A stretch of DNA of 64,000 nt from Caecitellus pseudoparvulus (Eukaryota > Protista > Bigyra: Bicosoecida): contig CBFFRQ010000013.1 in NCBI GenBank assembly GCA_965644315.1, positions 868,001 through 932,000 of the forward strand. The letters run 5' to 3'. This document shows positions 47,312 through 59,847 of this stretch, one piece after another. The stretch's first letter is position 1; every line of letters starts with the position of its first letter. Position numbers and translations under genes: made by a program. The notes below the pieces were generated by a model. The model did no database searches. It was not told the origin of the DNA and saw only the letters and a list, made by a program, of their open reading frames with translations.

Positions 47312-49701
47312 TCAAGATGCGGCGGACGCCTGCTCGGGCAAGGTTGTAGAGCTGGCTTGGCTGCTCGCGGTGTCGCTGGAGGACAGGCTGTCGCTGCTGT
47401 GCTGTGCAGCTCGCACAACGTCTGGGTTGCAGCACTTGAATACTTTCCTCAGGTCTACCGTCTGGTACAGTTCGGATTTCCGCCTTACCCTTTCCAGCTG
47501 TTTATGCGTGTCGGCAGGTGGCTGTGCGGTGTGGGTTGCAGTTCGAATCGGCAGCCGGCGCGGTTGCTGAGCTTGGAGCGGCCCAGGGCCTTCTTGAGAC
47601 CCAAGCAAAGGTGGTGGGGTTGGGGAGCTCAAGTCCATGTCTTGCTGTGCTGCTGTGTTACTGCTCCCTGGAACAGCAGGTGGCTCTGTGAGTGCCGTTT
47701 GCGCTGGATCAGGCCTCGCCGTTGCTCCAGGCCGGGGAGGGGTCACTGACCGCTCTCGAGTGTACGTGCCGCAACTTTCAGAACCTTGTGGTGGTGATGG
47801 TAGAGCCAGCACGTCGCCTGCAGGGCCCGGAGAGGTGGGGGGTGGCTGCATGACAGCCTTCCACAGCTCTGCAGTCGCAGGTTGCGGGGCGGGCTTCTGC
47901 TTGGGGCGAGGGCCTGAGCGCGGGAGGGTGCGAGATCGCTGAATGTACGGCACGCTACGGGTGGTGAGCCTTTTATGAGGTGATGCGTGCGGCGTTCCTT
48001 CGGAGAAGTGAAGGTGCGATGGGTGGGAGAATAGCGCACGGTTGCCCTTCGTCCCGTGCACGCTCAGGCGGTAGCGCCGTACGGCCCGCTCGTCCCTTTC
48101 CGCTCTGGAGCGAAGCTTCGTTGCTGATCTGGCTCGGGCAGCTGCCCTCTTCATCGCCTTTACAGGGTCAGCTGCTAGAATTCGGCGCTCCCGCTCGGTC
48201 TGCGGGGCGGCCCGCTGCCTGTGCTCCACTGTCCGACTTCGGCTTGGAACGCTTCGGCTCCTCACGACTCGCTGTGATGACTGGCGCTGCCGAGGTTGAC
48301 CTTGAGTTGTTCTCCAGGCCCCAAGCTGCGCAAGCTCCCTCCGTGTGTTGCGCTGCTCGAGGGCTGCATCAGAGGCTTTCTGGAGCTGATCTCGGGCTTG
48401 CTTGCGTGCTTGCAGTGAGCCACGGCGGGTGGAGGCTGCCCCTTCCGCGCGATGTTCGGCAGGTGTGTCAGCCATGGAAGGGGCGCTCACTTGCGTCCAC
48501 AGGCTGGCGCGTTCCTCGTCGCGAGCCTTGCGCAACGTCTCGGCCACAGTGGGGGGTGAGGCGGCCTTGTCGTCAACGCCGAGCTTGCGAGCAAGGACCT
48601 TCAGAGGCTGAGGCATCTTTCCCTCCCTGCTGAGTGCCCGAAAACTGCTAGTGGCGGCCATGAAAGATGCTCGTCGAGAAAGGTGCGGCTGCTGTGCTCG
48701 GCCCGGCGTCGTAGCTTCTGCCGGAGGTGACTGTCCTGCGGCGCCGCGGCGGCTTCCTCGTGCTAGTGCTGCCGGGGTGGGGGTGCGAGCCAGCTGCTCC
48801 AACGAGACCCCCCGACGGGTCTTCGTGCTGGAGCCTCGTGCGGGCTTCGTATCACGCTGAGCTGGGCTGCCGGGAGCGCTGCTGCTTGTGATGATGGCCT
48901 GTGTGGCGCTCAACAGCTCCTCCGCCTCCACCTGCAGCCTCAGCGCGCTGGGCAGCAGTGCTGCTGATGTGGAGGAAAACGAAATGCCCCCTGCATGTGT
49001 GCTCCACTGCCCCAGGTCGCACGGGACTTGCCATGCTTGGCAGGCGGCTTCACACGCTGCACACAGTTCAGTGACCAGTGTGAGCGCCTGCCCTTTGCGG
49101 CTGCTGCGAACCCCTTCAGCTTCCTTGGCCGCTTGCTTTACTCGACTGGGAAGCGTTTGGATTGCAGCTGCACTCTGCAGGGGCGGGAATAGAGCATGGG
49201 GCTGTGATGCCCAGGGTGTCTTGCTGCAACCACCGCTGGGCTGTCCCTCACATTGTCCCACTGTTGCAAGGCGCACTGCAGCCGAGCGAGGTGATTGAGC
49301 AGGTCCTCAGCTCGGCGAACCTGTCAAGTGAAGGAAACAACACTGGAATGCGCACCGGCTTCGGGGCTCGGAGCAAGCACACTCACCAGCCGTGGAATGG
49401 TGCGCTTCTTGTGGCGTTTCACTGAGCTGGCGAGTGTGCCAGAACGAGTTGAGGAGCTCGTGTCTGCCAGCAAGTTGAGGAGAGCTTCCAAGTGCTCATT
49501 GCATCGCAGGCCTTGGACTTTGCAGACCCGCCGAAGCTCTTGTTCCGAGGCAGCGCCGCTGGCCTGAGCGCAAGTCACAGCATCAGAGGGAGTTGAAACG
49601 CCCGCCCACGCCATGAGCTCACTGCTAGGCCCTGCCAGCAGCGCGATAAGCTCTTGCGTGCGTGACTGGTAGTTGTCCACATGCACGCTGTCGGCTTCCA
49701 T
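47312..49701 (-). CDS. Hypothetical basic, low-complexity protein; two probable 5' introns (~49180-49390)
   Basis: Exon MEADSVHVDN...RTIPRL|GTGAGT, a short exon, then a long ORF. No family recognised. Confidence 0.55.
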
Positions 49702-49881
49702 GGCTTCTAGCTCAGGTGCGTTCCGTGGTTCGCTCGAAGCGAGGTTTCCCCTGAAGGTGTGAGTCTGGTCACGGCATGACCAGTTCGCCGTTCCAAAGCA
49801 GTGCACCCGGTGTTGGGCGGGTTGGAGGTTTTGAAATTTGAACAGTCTGTACATTTTCTGGTCAGCGCACATGCTGCAGCG

Positions 49882-52800
49882 TCAGCCCCATTGGGGACCT
49901 GAGCGCAGTGCCGTTGGCAGCGGCTGAATGTGTGGCTTGTGCAGCACATCTGCTGCGCTACGTGATTGGGAGGTCACAATGGGCGAGAAAGGCCCAGCAC
50001 CACTCGTCTGGCGGCGGGGGGACAGCCCTGTTGCCGTCGCCAACTGAGGCGACTTGAGCAGGCCAGACGCCCAGGCGCCCCGCCGAGTCAGCCCAGCCCC
50101 AGCTCCAGATGTCAAGCTCGCGTTTGAAGGACCATCAGGAGTGCGGCCTCTGAAGCTCAGCGCCAAAGGCGTCACTCCCTGCTGCCCAGCCAGTGCTGAA
50201 ATGGCCCTGAGGCCTGCGTCTCTCAGCGAGCCAGCTGACGCCGACGCAGCCAGCTTTGCTGCATCATGCGGCGGTTGTGCCGGGTGCAGAGCTTGCGTGC
50301 TGGTGTGGAGGTGTTCCTGCGACGCACCTGCATCACGGTGCACTGTGTCCACGGCGAGACGGTCTTCGTACAGGGCGTGCACCTTGCCAGAGGGCGTCTT
50401 TGCTGCATGTGCTGCTCTGAGAGCCAGCGTTGCCGGCGCGTCGGCCAGCAGAGGCTTGTACTTGTCTGCCGTGCCGGGGGCAGCATGGGGCGTGCTGTGC
50501 CCTCGCCACTTGACTTGCTTAGCATCCACCACGACTCGCTGAGCCCAGGCTTCGGCCTCGGCCCGGGCAGTCTGCTCCGCCACCTGCTTCGCCGCGTGAC
50601 TTGCCGCGTGAACACTGGTGTTAAAGCGGGCTGACTCATCTTCGCCCGTGGCCGGGTTCTTATACCCGAATTCACGGCCTACCATGGGCGCATGACCCCA
50701 CCCCGGTCGGTGGCCACCCACAGCAAGCACTTGCTGCCTTTCCGCCTCACGCTGACGCGCAGCCTGTTCTGCTGCGTCCATGTACGGCTCCCGGAAGGCA
50801 GCGCTGTGTGCGTCTTGTGGGGCCTTTGCGTGGCGGCGTTTCTGGGCGATGGGCGTTGGCTTTGGGTATGCGAATCCCGACGGCGTGAGGGCAGCGGCAG
50901 CTGCAGCTGCTGCCTCCGTTGCCGCCTCAGTGTCTGGATCTGCCCGCGGCACAGTGGCCCCCAGCAGGCCGCCTGCGGCCGAGGAGTCTGCGTACACGTA
51001 AGCATGCTTGGTGTCCCTCGCTGCCATGGCGGTGTGGGCTGCCCGCTGGGCCTGCATCACGCTGCGGCTCTGGCCAGAGTATGAGAAGGCCTGCCCAGCC
51101 TGCATAGCCTGCAGGACATCGGGGGGCAGTTGCCGCTGCTGTGCTCGGGACTGCCCCGTGGCCTCCAAGGCGCTGGTCAGCTGCGCTGACAGGTGGCCCA
51201 CGGCGTCCTTGTTGCGTTGGAGGAAGTCAACGCCCTGCCGGGCGGTGGCCAGGGCAGAGCTCAGCGCGTCATACTCCCGGAAAGTAGTAACTGTGGCCTC
51301 CTTGCGTGAGGTGCGTGAGGTGCTGCGCCGGGTGGGGGGTGGTGCCCCCGTCTGGGAAGCCACAGTGGTGTCCCCGCCCCCCCCCTCGGCAGGAGCACCG
51401 CCCCCCCCCCAAGCGGTGCTCGTGTCAGCGATGGAGGAAGGGAGGGTGGTGCCCCTCCTCCCCGCTGCTGCACCCAGCCCAGCCAGGGACGCGTCGATGT
51501 CTGCCTGCCGTGCCACACGCCCTTCCATGTCCTCGTGCGTCACCGTCGCACCCTCCCGCAGTGCGAGGGCGGCCAGCTCCCGCCTTGTGGGAAACAGCCT
51601 GCACTGCTTCAGGGTCCACAGGCGCTGGGCGCGGCGCAGCTCGAACAACTTTCGAGCGGCCGTGGCCGCTTCTGCCGTGCTGCGGGCTGGGTCTGCACTG
51701 TACGTGTCCAGGCCCTGCACGATCCGCGCCAGGCGCCTGCCCAGGTGTGTTGTGTCCAGGGTCAGGTTTGTCCCCACGTACAGCCGCTCCCGCCAGCGCA
51801 CATCTGGGTTGCTCAGCAGTTTGCGCTGGGCAGAGTTGGCCCACTGCCGCCCCAGCACTGCCCGCAGCACCTGCATGGACGCTGCGAAGACGGGCCGAAC
51901 TGTGCCGTCGCCTGACCCAGCCACGATGGGGGTGACTCCATCCTCCCCAGGCGCCAGCAGCTCCGGCCCAGCGGCGCCGCGGACCACCTCTCTCCCCTCC
52001 ACGACGAAGATGCGCCAGTGGCGATCCACCACCTGCCAAGCTGTGAGGATGTCCAGATCACCGGCATGGACGGCAGCCGTCTCCTCCGGCGCCAGCTCCA
52101 CGGCAGCCAGACGCTCCACCTGTACACCTGCGATTCCAGGTCGTGCTGCACTGGCAGTCTGCGCCATGACTTCCCGCGCCGCAGCCTCTGCAGCCGCTGC
52201 AGCAGCGGCAGCCGCCTTCTCATCGTCTCGCGGACTTCGCTGTTTGCGCCCACTCCGCTTGCCCTTGCCACGGGGAGATGCCCGAGCGGAGGTGGCAGCT
52301 GCAGCGGCGGCCGCGGCGGCCTTGGCTGCTTGTTCGTGCGTCAGGTGTGCTGTCATGCGTGCAGTATTCAGGGACTGCAGCAGTGCGTTGACTTGCCGCA
52401 GAGCGGAGTCATCCTGGTACCGAGTCACCAGAACACAGCGCCCGACGGTGTTCGTGTTGGAGCCAGTGGCCGCGGCGGCTCCCGTGACGCCCGCCTCGAG
52501 GGGCCGAGCCAGGCTGAACGACACAACGGTGCGGCAGCCCACTGCCGTGTATGCCGCCGTATCACGCGCCAGAGCCTGGGCGGGGCTAAGGCCAGGCGCG
52601 TCTTCCCCCCCCCTAGGCACTGCCGTTCGCCTGCGCGGCAGCATGTCCACACTGGCAGACAGCGAGATGCAGCTCGGTGCCTCCGTCGCCGTGGCTGCGT
52701 CAGTCTCCGCTGGCTGAGCCACCGTCCCTGCGCCTGCATCTGGTGCCGCAGCCACCCCCCCCCGGGAGTGGAACTGAGACAACCGCCGCTGGGCTGCCGC

Positions 52801-54612
52801 CTGCTGCTGCTGTTGCTGCGCTGCCGTGTCCAGGGACGCCCGCTGCGCAGCTCCCTGAGCCACGGCTGCCGTGAGTGCTCTGTGCGCAGCTGCTGAGGAG
52901 TCGAGCAGGCCCTCACACCTCAGCCGTGCAATACCGTGGGGGTGGCAGGCGCTGGAGAGGGCAGCATCGCTGAGCACTTCCCAGGCGGCGGCGGCATCCA
53001 CACGAGCAAGGGCGGCCCACGGCGCAGTGACTCCGGGCGGTGGGGGAGTCGGCACTGGCGCTGACTCGGGCAGGGCAGCGGGGTGACTCGGGGCTGAGTC
53101 AGCGCCCTGGTCCTGGACAAGGTGACTCAGCAGAGCGCCCAGCCTGGCTGCTGTGGCTGGCCAAGCACATGCGCCCAGCTGCCCAGTGCCTGACACATCC
53201 ACAGCCCCCACTGCGCCCGCTGCTGCCTGGTCAGCGTCGGCCGGGTCTTGAGGAATGCTTTCCAGTTCGGCGGGGTCTGGGCGGCGCGGGGCGGGGAGTG
53301 GCCCCGCCCCCTCATCCAACGCGGCCTGCGCTGCATCCCGGTCGTGCAAGCGCAGGGTGAGGGGGTGGGTGAGAAGAGCTTCCCTCACGGAGTCAGCGGG
53401 GGCGGTGCCCAGCAGCACCGTTGTGCGGTGACTCCAGGCGATGCGAGGGAAGGCGGTGAGTGACTCCCGCGAGTCTGCCACCTCCCCAGCCTGTCCATGC
53501 GCCTCCGCCTCATCGTCTGAGCTGTCACTGTCGTCCGCGGCGGCGGCTGTGAAGGGCGTGCTGCCGACCAGGGCAGCTGGGTCGGCAGGTGTGACACGCG
53601 ATGTGAGCTCGCTCCACTGCACACGGGGCGTGAGGATGAGCCTGTCCAGCTCCGGCAATGCAGCGCCAAAGAGACGCCCAACGAGGCGAGGCGCTTGACA
53701 CACGCTTGCTGTGTGGCTGTAGCGATTTGGACAAAGAAAGGCCCGGACCTGGCCTGGCGTCGGCTGGCTCAGGGTGGTACCCGGGAGGTGGTGTGTCGCT
53801 GCCACGGTCAGCGTGAGAGGGTTCAGCTCCTCGCGGAGTGCCGGGGGCAGTAAGGGGTCGCCAACGCACTGCACGCTGATGACGCAGGTGCTGAGGGCGC
53901 TGGGGGGCGTGTACAAGTACGCGCCAGTGGGCAGTCCCAGGTCCGGTAGGGTCAGCGGCGCTTGAGGGGGGGCGGTGTCATCCTCAGCTGACGCAGGGGG
54001 CGTGCCCTTGCGCCCACTTTTGCGGGGCGGCGTGGCCGATCTCAGGTCGGGCGCGGGGGGCGATAGAAGGTTTGCATGTGGAGCTCGCCCGCATGCGACC
54101 ACCACAGGAGGCGACGTGCCGTCGAGCAGGGGGGAGACATCCAGGGGGCAGAACCACTGGTAGTGGTCCTGTGGGACTTCTGCCTCGCCCTGAGCCTGCC
54201 CGCTCCCAGCCCCACTGCCTGCCTGCCCGGCAAACACGACGCAGTGCGGCGCCCGAGCCAGGGCCACGGCAGTCGCTGCATCTCGTGGCAGCGCCAGCGG
54301 CGGCGACGACCACCGCTTGATGCGGGGAACGTACGGCACATCGCCATCTACATGTGCATGACCAGCCTTGGACCCCTTGCCACCGCCCTTGCCGCTCTTC
54401 TTGCTGCGTGCAGGGGCGCCCTGGCCTGCGTCGGTTTCTTCATGTGCATCGGCAACCACGTCCCGCCACGCCTCAGCGTCGTTCAAGGGGGGCGTCGCCC
54501 ACGGCAAGCCAGTGGGGAAGCAGCCACGAAAGTACGTGTTTTCTGCCCCAGCATCGTCAGGGACGACGGTGATGCAGATGCGCACCTCTGCGGGTTCCTG
54601 CGCCTCGGCCAT
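49882..54612 (-). CDS. CFAP92: Cilia/flagella-associated protein 92-like (KIAA1257)
   Basis: ELNPLTLTVAATHHLP, HRTTVLLG...LRLHDRD, PHGIARL, DLDILTAWQVVDRHWRIFVVEG, KLLSNPDVRWRERLY resemble CFAP92 blocks as recalled. Confidence 0.68.
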   Translation of the reverse strand: MAEAQEPAEVRICITVVPDDAGAENTYFRGCFPTGLPWATPPLNDAEAWRDVVADAHEETDAGQGAPARSKKSGKGGGKGSKAGHAHVDGDVPYVPRIKRWSSPPLALPRDAATAVALARAPHCVVFAGQAGSGAGSGQAQGEAEVPQDHYQWFCPLDVSPLLDGTSPPVVVACGRAPHANLLSPPAPDLRSATPPRKSGRKGTPPASAEDDTAPPQAPLTLPDLGLPTGAYLYTPPSALSTCVISVQCVGDPLLPPALREELNPLTLTVAATHHLPGTTLSQPTPGQVRAFLCPNRYSHTASVCQAPRLVGRLFGAALPELDRLILTPRVQWSELTSRVTPADPAALVGSTPFTAAAADDSDSSDDEAEAHGQAGEVADSRESLTAFPRIAWSHRTTVLLGTAPADSVREALLTHPLTLRLHDRDAAQAALDEGAGPLPAPRRPDPAELESIPQDPADADQAAAGAVGAVDVSGTGQLGACAWPATAARLGALLSHLVQDQGADSAPSHPAALPESAPVPTPPPPGVTAPWAALARVDAAAAWEVLSDAALSSACHPHGIARLRCEGLLDSSAAAHRALTAAVAQGAAQRASLDTAAQQQQQQAAAQRRLSQFHSRGGVAAAPDAGAGTVAQPAETDAATATEAPSCISLSASVDMLPRRRTAVPRGGEDAPGLSPAQALARDTAAYTAVGCRTVVSFSLARPLEAGVTGAAAATGSNTNTVGRCVLVTRYQDDSALRQVNALLQSLNTARMTAHLTHEQAAKAAAAAAAAATSARASPRGKGKRSGRKQRSPRDDEKAAAAAAAAAEAAAREVMAQTASAARPGIAGVQVERLAAVELAPEETAAVHAGDLDILTAWQVVDRHWRIFVVEGREVVRGAAGPELLAPGEDGVTPIVAGSGDGTVRPVFAASMQVLRAVLGRQWANSAQRKLLSNPDVRWRERLYVGTNLTLDTTHLGRRLARIVQGLDTYSADPARSTAEAATAARKLFELRRAQRLWTLKQCRLFPTRRELAALALREGATVTHEDMEGRVARQADIDASLAGLGAAAGRRGTTLPSSIADTSTAWGGGGAPAEGGGGDTTVASQTGAPPPTRRSTSRTSRKEATVTTFREYDALSSALATARQGVDFLQRNKDAVGHLSAQLTSALEATGQSRAQQRQLPPDVLQAMQAGQAFSYSGQSRSVMQAQRAAHTAMAARDTKHAYVYADSSAAGGLLGATVPRADPDTEAATEAAAAAAAALTPSGFAYPKPTPIAQKRRHAKAPQDAHSAAFREPYMDAAEQAARQREAERQQVLAVGGHRPGWGHAPMVGREFGYKNPATGEDESARFNTSVHAASHAAKQVAEQTARAEAEAWAQRVVVDAKQVKWRGHSTPHAAPGTADKYKPLLADAPATLALRAAHAAKTPSGKVHALYEDRLAVDTVHRDAGASQEHLHTSTQALHPAQPPHDAAKLAASASAGSLRDAGLRAISALAGQQGVTPLALSFRGRTPDGPSNASLTSGAGAGLTRRGAWASGLLKSPQLATATGLSPRRQTSGAGPFSPIVTSQSRSAADVLHKPHIQPLPTALRSGPQWG

Positions 54613-54801
54613 GTTGCCCAAGCGATTTCCGCACTGGCCAGGCTTGCAGGTGCAAGCCCAGGCAGCGCGACACGTCGGCAGCACCCCAAGCAGTGCCAAC
54701 AATAGTACCAATATTATGTAGAAACGTGGCGGGTTTCACCAGGCGCCTGATTTGCTGGGCGCGTGGCGATGCCAGCGTACATTGCGGACCCACTGGCTCC
54801 C

Positions 54802-56087
54802 TCACACAGCCACGGTGGCAGCAGCAGGGGGCACGAAGCCCGGCAGGCCCTCGCCCGCCCGGGCGACGGGGGACACCGTGGGCGGTGCGGTGAACTGGTC
54901 GTCTGTGGGGAAGTCCCGCACCTCCGCCTGGGCCTGGGCGACGATGTCGCGGGCCAGCATGTCGATGGCGATCTTGTTGTCCCGGGCGCGGGGGATGATG
55001 AAGTCGGCATGGCGCATGGACGGCGCCACGAACGTCTCGAAGCCCGGCTTGACGAAGGTCTGGTACTGGTGCAGGACAGACTCCACGTCGCGCTTGCGCT
55101 CGACGATGTCGCGGCGCAGGCGCCTGGCCAGGCAGACGTCCAGGTCCTCCATGGTGAACATGGTGACGTCACACTGGGACCTGGGGCGGGCGCGGCGACG
55201 GAGGGGGGGCTGCAGCACGCCGTGGCGAGAAGCGGCGTGGAGTGGCGCTGCACGCACCTCACGGCATCCACATGCAGCGTGAAAATGCCGTCCACGATGA
55301 CGACGTGGGCACGCTCGATGCGCTTGGTCTCTTTCAAACGCTTGTGTGTGGAGAAGTCGTACATGGGCACGTCCACTGGCTCGCCATTCTGTGAGGAGGG
55401 GGAGCAGGCGTGTTCAGTGTGGCTGTAGACGCAGTGTTTCGAGAGCAAATTCCGCAGCCAAGCAGCCCCCTGAACAAGGCCCCCCAGACGCCTCACCTTC
55501 ATCATGGCCAGGTGCTGCGCCAGCAGCTGGTGGTCAATGGCATCTGGGACGTCAAAGTTCCACTTGGTGGCGTCTGCGCCCTTGGGCAGCGTGATGTAGT
55601 AGCTGTCGGCAGACATGGACACGACGATGCAGGTCGGGCCCATGCGCTTCTTGATGAGGTTGGCGATGGAGGTCTTCCCGGAGCCCGACGCGCCGCCCAC
55701 GCCCACGACGATGCAGCTGGAGCCCTCCAGAGACGTGCGGCGGTGCCTGAAGTACTGGTTCCGCACCACCACATTGCGCTTGTCCTCGGGGTCGGCGGGG
55801 GAGCTGGACCGCGCCGAGGCATCCCCTGCGCCAGCCACCGCCGCAGCCAGCTCTTTGGAGCCAGCTGTGGAGGAGGCACTGCCTGTCCGCTGCGTAGTGG
55901 GGGCGCTGGCGTCGCCCAGCCCTCCAGCAGGGGCAGCAGCCTTGGACGTTGCGCTGTGAAGCGCCATGCCAGCAGCGAAGGCCAGCCCGCCCACCACCAC
56001 CGCGCCAGCAGCAGCTGCCCAGAGCGGGACAGAGGGCGGCGCCTGCGTCGCAGGGCCAGGGGTCGCGGTGGTGCTGGTGGAGGCCAT
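54802..56087 (-). CDS. udk: Uridine/cytidine kinase with an N-terminal hydrophobic anchor; introns 55389-55496 and 55181-55257
   Basis: P-loop GVGGASGSGKTS, SADSYY, NFDVPDAID, PMYDFSTHKR, IVDGIF, RRLRRDIVERKRD...QYQTFVKP...ADFIIPR. Confidence 0.93.
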
Positions 56088-56464
56088 GTTGGTGATGGCG
56101 TGCGCCAGTGGCAGCTTGCGAGGTGTGGCGAGTGCAAGGGGCAGTGGGGGGCTGCAGTGAACCTGTGGGCAGGCAAGATTGGTGTGTGGTGGATTTTGTT
56201 CAAGGCAGGGGCGTTTCAAATGCTGCCTGGTATTGACGGAGGCTCGACTGGTTGTGGTCGAGGGGGGGTGGCGTTTGTGTGAGAGGGGGGGAGTGGCCCG
56301 AGTTGGCACCCTGCGCCACGTAAATCACTGCGTTAGTCGTAAAGTGAAGCGAGGCAGTGGGTGAGGTACCCATCTACACGACAAGGAAGTGCTGGGAACT
56401 GGCGCAACCTGCCTGGCCCGCGAGTGTAGGCGTTCTGGAGCCTGGCCTGGTGTTGTGCGGGTCA

Positions 56465-56472
56465 ATTTCCGC
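56465..56472 (+). promoter_or_regulatory. ATTTCCGC motif upstream of the GT90 ATG in the udk/GT90 divergent promoter
   Basis: gtcaATTTCCGC lies ~24 nt before ATG 56496. Confidence 0.45.
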
Positions 56473-56495
56473 CCAGCCTGGCCGCTCCCTGCACC

Positions 56496-59400
56496 ATGGC
56501 AGAGGTCGGCAAGCGCATTGCGGAATCGTGAGTCGGCGCGGCGAGCTATGCAGGCTGTGTGCAAGTAAAGCGCAGCGGCCTGCACTCTCTGAGCGTTGTG
56601 CATGCACAGGGGAGACCGCCGCTTCGTGGTGCGCGGCATCTACGATGCCGAGGCAGATGCACGGCTGGGTTTCCAGGCCTCCCAGACCTTCGACACTGCA
56701 GCGGAAGGCAAGGCGTGGTACAAGGACGTCCAGTGCTCGACGAATCCCTCCTTTCCCTCCTGCAAGCACCTGTACACGACGGCATGTGACTGGCGCCAGG
56801 TGCAGGAACTGTTGCTGAACCCGCTCGCTCGCCTTCGCGAGGTGCTGCCTGTGCGCCCGCCGCCAGAGCACGGCGTGACGGACAACAGGTTCCTGGCAGA
56901 GCAAGGCATCACACGGGAACTGTCCTCGCGCCTGGACCTGCCCATTCACGCGGCCACCAACGAGGCGTCCACCCTGCACACGCTGCGGTATCTGTTTCAC
57001 CACATGCGCTGCGGCATCTTCGTCGCCATTCGCCGGGGCGCCTTGGCCATGTTCGTGCCGTTTGTGAACCGGGAGTACACGAACACGTGGGGGGGGCAGC
57101 TGGAGTTGGAGGGCGGCGCGACAGTGGAGGGGTACTACGAGCGCAAGAACGCAGAGCAGAAGTGGCCCGAGCGACCCATCCCCGACAAGAACAGGTGGTG
57201 GGCCAACGGCAACATCATGTGCAATGTGGAGAGCCCCAACTTCTGGGGCGACTCCTACCTCGGCCAGCTGCGCCACATGCTGGAGGCCACCTGTGCCGCG
57301 CACGAGGTGCCAGACGTGGAGTTCTTCATCAACAAGCGGGATTTTCCTCAGCTCAAGGCGAACTTGACGGAGCCGTACGACTTCCTCTTCAACGCGCCAG
57401 ACCAGCCCCTGCCTCGGGAAAAATACCCCACGTATGCCCCCATCGCATCTTTCTTTGTGTCCTCTGACGGCTCCTTCGCCGACATTCCGCTCGTGTGCAC
57501 AGACGACTGGGAAACTGCCACCGGCCTGGTGTTCCCGCCCTCCTTCAAAGACCTGCGGTCCAAGGCCAACCGCGGCAAGCACGTCATGCCATGGGCACAA
57601 CGCAGTGCCACTGCCGTGTTCCGCGGCAACTCCACAGGCCCCGGTGTGGCGCCCCAAACCAACCAGCGCCTTCTCCTAGCTGCACTCAGCGCCGCCTGGG
57701 CCAAGGACCCCCGGTACAACGAGCGCAACCCAGTGGACGGCGAGGCGTACTTGGATGCAGGCGTGGTGGGGTACAACATGCGTGACCGCAAGCTGCTGGG
57801 CCACCCCATGACGTACTTGAAGCCCCGCAGCCTGGGCATCCCCCGTGTGCCGCGTGTGCCCATGTACGAACAGAGCAGCTTCAAGTACCAGCTGTACGTG
57901 GACGGCCACTGCGCAGCCATGCGGTACCTGTCCATGATTCCCCTGGGCGGTGTCATCCTGCGTGTGGCCAGCATGGTGCAAGCAGACGCCATCTGGTACT
58001 GGCCGCTGCTGAAGCCGTACGACATCCATGCCGACCAGCCCGACCCCCATGGCGACCACATCCCAGTGAAGGCAGACCTGTCAGACCTCGCACAGATCAT
58101 CACCTGGTGCAAACAACACGACGCCGAGTGCCAGGCCATCGCAGCCAACGCAGCTGCCCTGTACGACAGGCTGGTGAACGAGGCGGGGCAGATGGAGTAC
58201 ACCGCCTTGATGCTGCATGAGATGGCGGCGCGGTTCCGGTCGCGCCACGTCGCATCCAGCGACGCCACGCGCGCGGCAGTGGACGCAGATGTCGCTGGTG
58301 CTGACCACCCCGCCAATGCGACGGTGCCGCGCAAGGCTGTGCCGGATGAGGTGGTGCAGCCCTGGCGAGTGCTGCAGCTGGTGGAGCCGACGCAGGTGTT
58401 CCCGCCCGTGTTCAACACAGCAGGTCGCAGGCTGCGACCCATGTTCAAGACACGTCGCAGGTGGACCGCAGCGCCCAGCTTCAAGCAGCGGGATGTGCTG
58501 GCAGCGGCGCTGGCTGAGGAGGAGGAGGGGGGGGAGGTGCCCACTCCCGCTGTGGACACGCCACACCCTGAGGAAGGCATTGGCGTCCAGGAGGACATGC
58601 CCGAGGTGCAGGGGGGGGAAGTGGCTATCCTGGACGCGGGGCACTCAGCCACACTTCGCGCCCCTCTGGGTCCGGCACCCCTGTGGCCTGCCGGTGCGGA
58701 GCAGGCACCGCCCATGCAAGCGCCAGTGCGCTGCTCGCTGTGGGGTGTGCACGGGTACGACTGGTTCGGGGAGGACAACGCCGAGTACACTGCGTGCGAA
58801 GCCAGTGTCGCTGTCCCGCCCGTGCCGGCCCCCTTGGCCAATCCCGGTGCCACCCCCACCCCCACCCCCAAGGCTGCCAAGGCTGCCGCTTCAGCTCCTG
58901 TTCCGCCCTCAGACACTGTCCTGTCCTTGGACGTCCTGGGCCCCGCTGGCGCACGGTATGCCTCCTTGGTGCCCTCCTCGGCCAGGGCCAGCGCCGGGTC
59001 AGGGGGGGGTGCTGCCCTGCCCCCCCTGTCCAAGGACATGCACCTGGGCAGTGGGCGTGCGCTGCATGAGGTGCAGGCACAGAAACGCAAGGCACTTCTG
59101 GCCCGGCTGCAGAAGGAGAAGGCAGGTGCAGGAGGGCGCAACACAGGCCTCATTGCCGCGATGAAAGCTCGCACTGCGTCAGCCGTGGCTGCGCGAGAGG
59201 CGCGTGAGCGGGAGGCAGCAGCCCTTGCCCCTACCGCTGCCAGCAGGACTGGCGGCCGTCAGGTTGGCGGTGCGAAGCGGCAACGGGGTGGTGGCGGCCG
59301 GGCGCAGGGAAGGCGTGCTCGGGCAGCTGGCGGGCGACAGGGTGGCGCTGCTGTGGGTGCGGACTTCATTGCAGGGGAGGAGGACAGTGGGGAGGAGGAG

Positions 59401-59847
59401 GAGGAGGCTAGTGACGTGGAGAGCTTGTTGGAGAGCGATGTGGAGGAGGAGGGGGACAGCGACGAGGACGAGAGCCTGGCAGACAGCGACGAGGAGGAGG
59501 GGGATGACTCGGACGGCGACGGCTTGGAGGGGGATGAGGACGACTCAGCCTCAGACACGCCCGCTGCCAAGAAGCCACGGCGGGGCACGCTGGCAGATGT
59601 CGCGTTGACGTTCGGCGGGCAGGTGACGAATGGCGACGAATCGTCCTCCGAATCGGACACGTCTGACGGCGCCGCGGCGCTGGCTGCAGCAGACGCATCC
59701 GCTGACGCCGCGCTGGCAGCAGGGGCAGCGAAAGCGGTGGCCTCTGTGCAAGGCATGGGCAAGACGCTGGAAGCTGCTGCGGCCGAGATGCAGGAGGCCG
59801 AGGGCGGGGAGTACGACATTGAAGAGGAGGGTTTCTTGGAGTTTTGA
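56496..59847 (+). CDS. Glycosyltransferase family 90 (CAP10 domain), no signal peptide, long basic/acidic tail; intron 56528-56609
   Basis: VPDVEFFINKRDFP, ADIPL, PWAQRSATAVFRGNSTG, QSSFKYQLYVDGHCAAMRY, WYWPLLKP...DHIPVKADLSDL...WCKQHDAECQAIAANA. Confidence 0.88.
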
